Source: Octopus vulgaris
Taxonomy: Eukaryota
Direction: 5' to 3'
Assembly (NCBI GenBank): GCA_951406725.2
Contig: OX597821.1
Location: 78,492,001-78,556,000, forward strand
Length of the DNA stretch: 64,000 nt
Shown: in pieces, positions 61,631 through 64,000 of the stretch
Numbering within the stretch: position 1 is the first letter of the stretch
How the letters are laid out: each line of letters starts with the position of its first letter
Notes under the pieces: generated by a model
Databases searched by the model: none
Told to the model about the DNA's origin: nothing
The model's input: only the letters and a program-made list of their open reading frames with translations
Position numbers and translations under genes: made by a program

Positions 61631-64000
61631 ATAAACTTAGATAAACTTAGATATGTTTCGACCAAAGATTGGTCCAGGCCATGTCTAACTTAATAGCACC
61701 ACCTGATAGGATTATTCGAATCCTGTTTAAGTCCAGTTTAGTTCAAGTAGTGAGTTCTTGTTGGGTGAGTTGTATTCAGTTTTGTTCAAGTAGTGAGTTC
61801 TTGTTGGGTGAGTTGTATCCAATTATGGGTGGCTTATCTGGTATTCTTTGAAGGAATCTATCCAGACTCTGTTTAAAGTTGATGGGATCCTTTTCCTCTT
61901 TGATCTCTCTCGGGACAATGTTAAATAGGGCAGGGCCTGTTGAGGAAAAGAAATTATGTTGCAGTGCACATGTATTTTGTGATCTTGAATTGGGCAGGGA
62001 ACGTATAGCCCGTGGTCCAAGTCTTGGATGAACCTTGAAGCTAATGTTTAGGTCGTTTGGGCATAGTTGGCGGTATATTTTCCACATCGTACAAATGATG
62101 TACCGCTCACGGCGACGCTGGAGGGAGTAAAGTTTCAAGGCTTTAAGGCGATCCCAATAATCGAGAGCAGCCATGCCTTCAATTCGTTTAGTGAGTGCCC
62201 TCTGGGGTGACTCAATTCTGGAGATGTTTTGTGTTGTGTGAGGAGACCACAGTGGGCAGCAGTATTCAAGGTGTGGCCGTACAAAGGAGGAAAAAAGTGG
62301 TATGATGACACCTTGTTCTCTGGACCGGAAAGTTCTTAAGATCCAGGAACTCATCCTACGAGCTATATCGACCTTCTTGTTGATGTGTGCACTCCAACTG
62401 AGATCGTCATCAACAATTACACCCAGGTCTCTGATATTGTTAGAGGCTGTGAGCGGTTCCCCTGAAGGAAGAGAGTATGGCTGTTTTAGTGAGGAGTTTC
62501 TTCCAAAATGCATCAGCTCAAATTTTCCCTCGTTCAGTTGCATTTTGTTTCTGTCTGCCAATTGACTCACAGCATATAGATCAGACTGGAGTTGAGTTCG
62601 GTCTGCTTCTTCATTGACGATTTGCTGGAGCTTAGGTGTCATCAGCAAATATTTTCACTTTGCAGTAAAGTACGACACTGGAAAGGTCGTTTATGTAGAT
62701 TATGAAGAGTAGCGGACCCAAGACAGTCCCCTGGGGGACACCGCTGGTGACTTTTGCTGGGCTTGAGTGGACTCCATCAACTACAACATGTTGTGTTCTA
62801 TTCACCAGGAAATACTTGATCCAGTGTAGAACTTTTCCACGGATTCCAAGATTTGCCAATTTTGAGAGTAGGATATTATGGTCTACCCTGTCGAACGCTT
62901 TACTGAAGTCAAGATATATAACATCAGAGTTCGAACCTGTTCCCAAGGCTTTGAGTACATCTTCAATGTGGTGTAAGAGCTGTGTTAGACAGTCCCTGCC
63001 ACAGCGAAAGCCATGCTGATTTGCATTTAGGAGTTTGTGGGTCTCCAGGAAGTCAGCCATCCTTGATCTTAACACTCTTTCAAACACTTTGATGATGTGG
63101 GAGATGAGTGAGATTGGGCGATAGTTGAGTGCGAGGGATCTGTTTCCCTGTTTGAAAACCGGGATGACTGACTGGGATAGAAACTGTTTTCGTATATAAC
63201 CTGCATCTAACGAATTTCTCCAGAGGTTGGTCAGAGGGACTGCAAGTTGGTGTTTACATTCCTTCAGGAGACTAGCGGGGAATCTATCAGGGCCTACAGC
63301 AGAGTAGTATTTGACCTCATTTATTGCTGCTATGATGTCAGTGGGAGTGAAGGTTATGTCTGCAATTTTGTGTTGGGAGTCAACTTCGTTCGCTTCTCTT
63401 ACGTCAATATCAGTGGGAACACTAAAGACAGAGCAGTATTGTTTCTGCAGTATTTCTGCCATTTCTTTAGCAACGTGTTGGGGAATGCCGTTAGCATCAA
63501 TCAATGGCCCAATGGGTGAGACAGTGGTTCTATGCTTATTTGCATAGGAATAGAACACTTTTGGGTTCTGTTTGATGTTTTTGATTACCCACTGTTCCTC
63601 CGCAGCTCTTTGATTTTCAATGGAGGTTTTCATGTCGTTCTGCAGATGAAGTTTTTCCAGCTCTAGCCTTTTCATTGTTGTTGAACGTGGATGTTGTTTG
63701 TGGGAATATTTTAATTGGTTGATTTTTTTGTTAAGTCTTTTGATGCGCCTGATGAGTGTTTTCTTCTTTTTAGGGAGCCGATTTCTGTTTGTGTTAGTAG
63801 ATTTCGTGGGAGCGTGTTTAGAGCATGTATATGTGACAATGTTTTCAAAGTGCTGCCATGCGTTCTCAATATGGGTGGAATTGAGAGTAAAAGACCAGTC
63901 GATGAAAGACAGATCCTTTCTGATTGCTCCCCAGTCCGCTTTGTGGAAGTTTATGTTATCAAATGAGTGCCATGGAGTGGGATTGGCTGGTTTGGTTTTT
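61631..64000 (-). mobile_element. CR1-clade LINE ORF2 RT region and 3' end, frameshifted directly after FADDT
   Basis: Motifs NYRPISL, QHGFR, YLDFSKAFD, SGVPQGTVLGPLLF, FADDT, RPHLEYCCPLWSP; tail (ctaagtttat)2. Confidence 0.93.

Overview
This is AT-rich, microsatellite-saturated animal genomic DNA. The SINE and LINE families look like those of an octopod cephalopod (inference). Almost all ORFs in the track are translations of (TA)n/(CA)n repeats. The real content is as follows. (1) One spliced + strand host gene can be rebuilt with phase-consistent exons (21113-21125, 26531-26860, 31128-31219, 33719-33858, 37573-37682; 3' end uncertain). It encodes a probably secreted PAN/Apple-domain protein. 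(2) A dense population of Penelope-like retroelements (PLEs) of Naiad type is present: one near-intact copy, several decayed copies and non-coding derivatives, forming a chain of inverted repeats over 0.7-15 kb. (3) About 11 type-I hammerhead ribozyme (HHR) motifs from several unrelated repeat families were found. Five have intact cores, and several have a very long stem II and a family-specific palindromic stem III. Two of them flank a retrozyme-like non-coding unit. (4) Also present are CR1-clade and RTE LINE pieces, mariner, Tc1 and Chapaev3-like DNA transposon relics, a 5-kb composite Helitron insertion and tRNA-derived SINEs. All calls were made by eye; no searches or folding programs were run.
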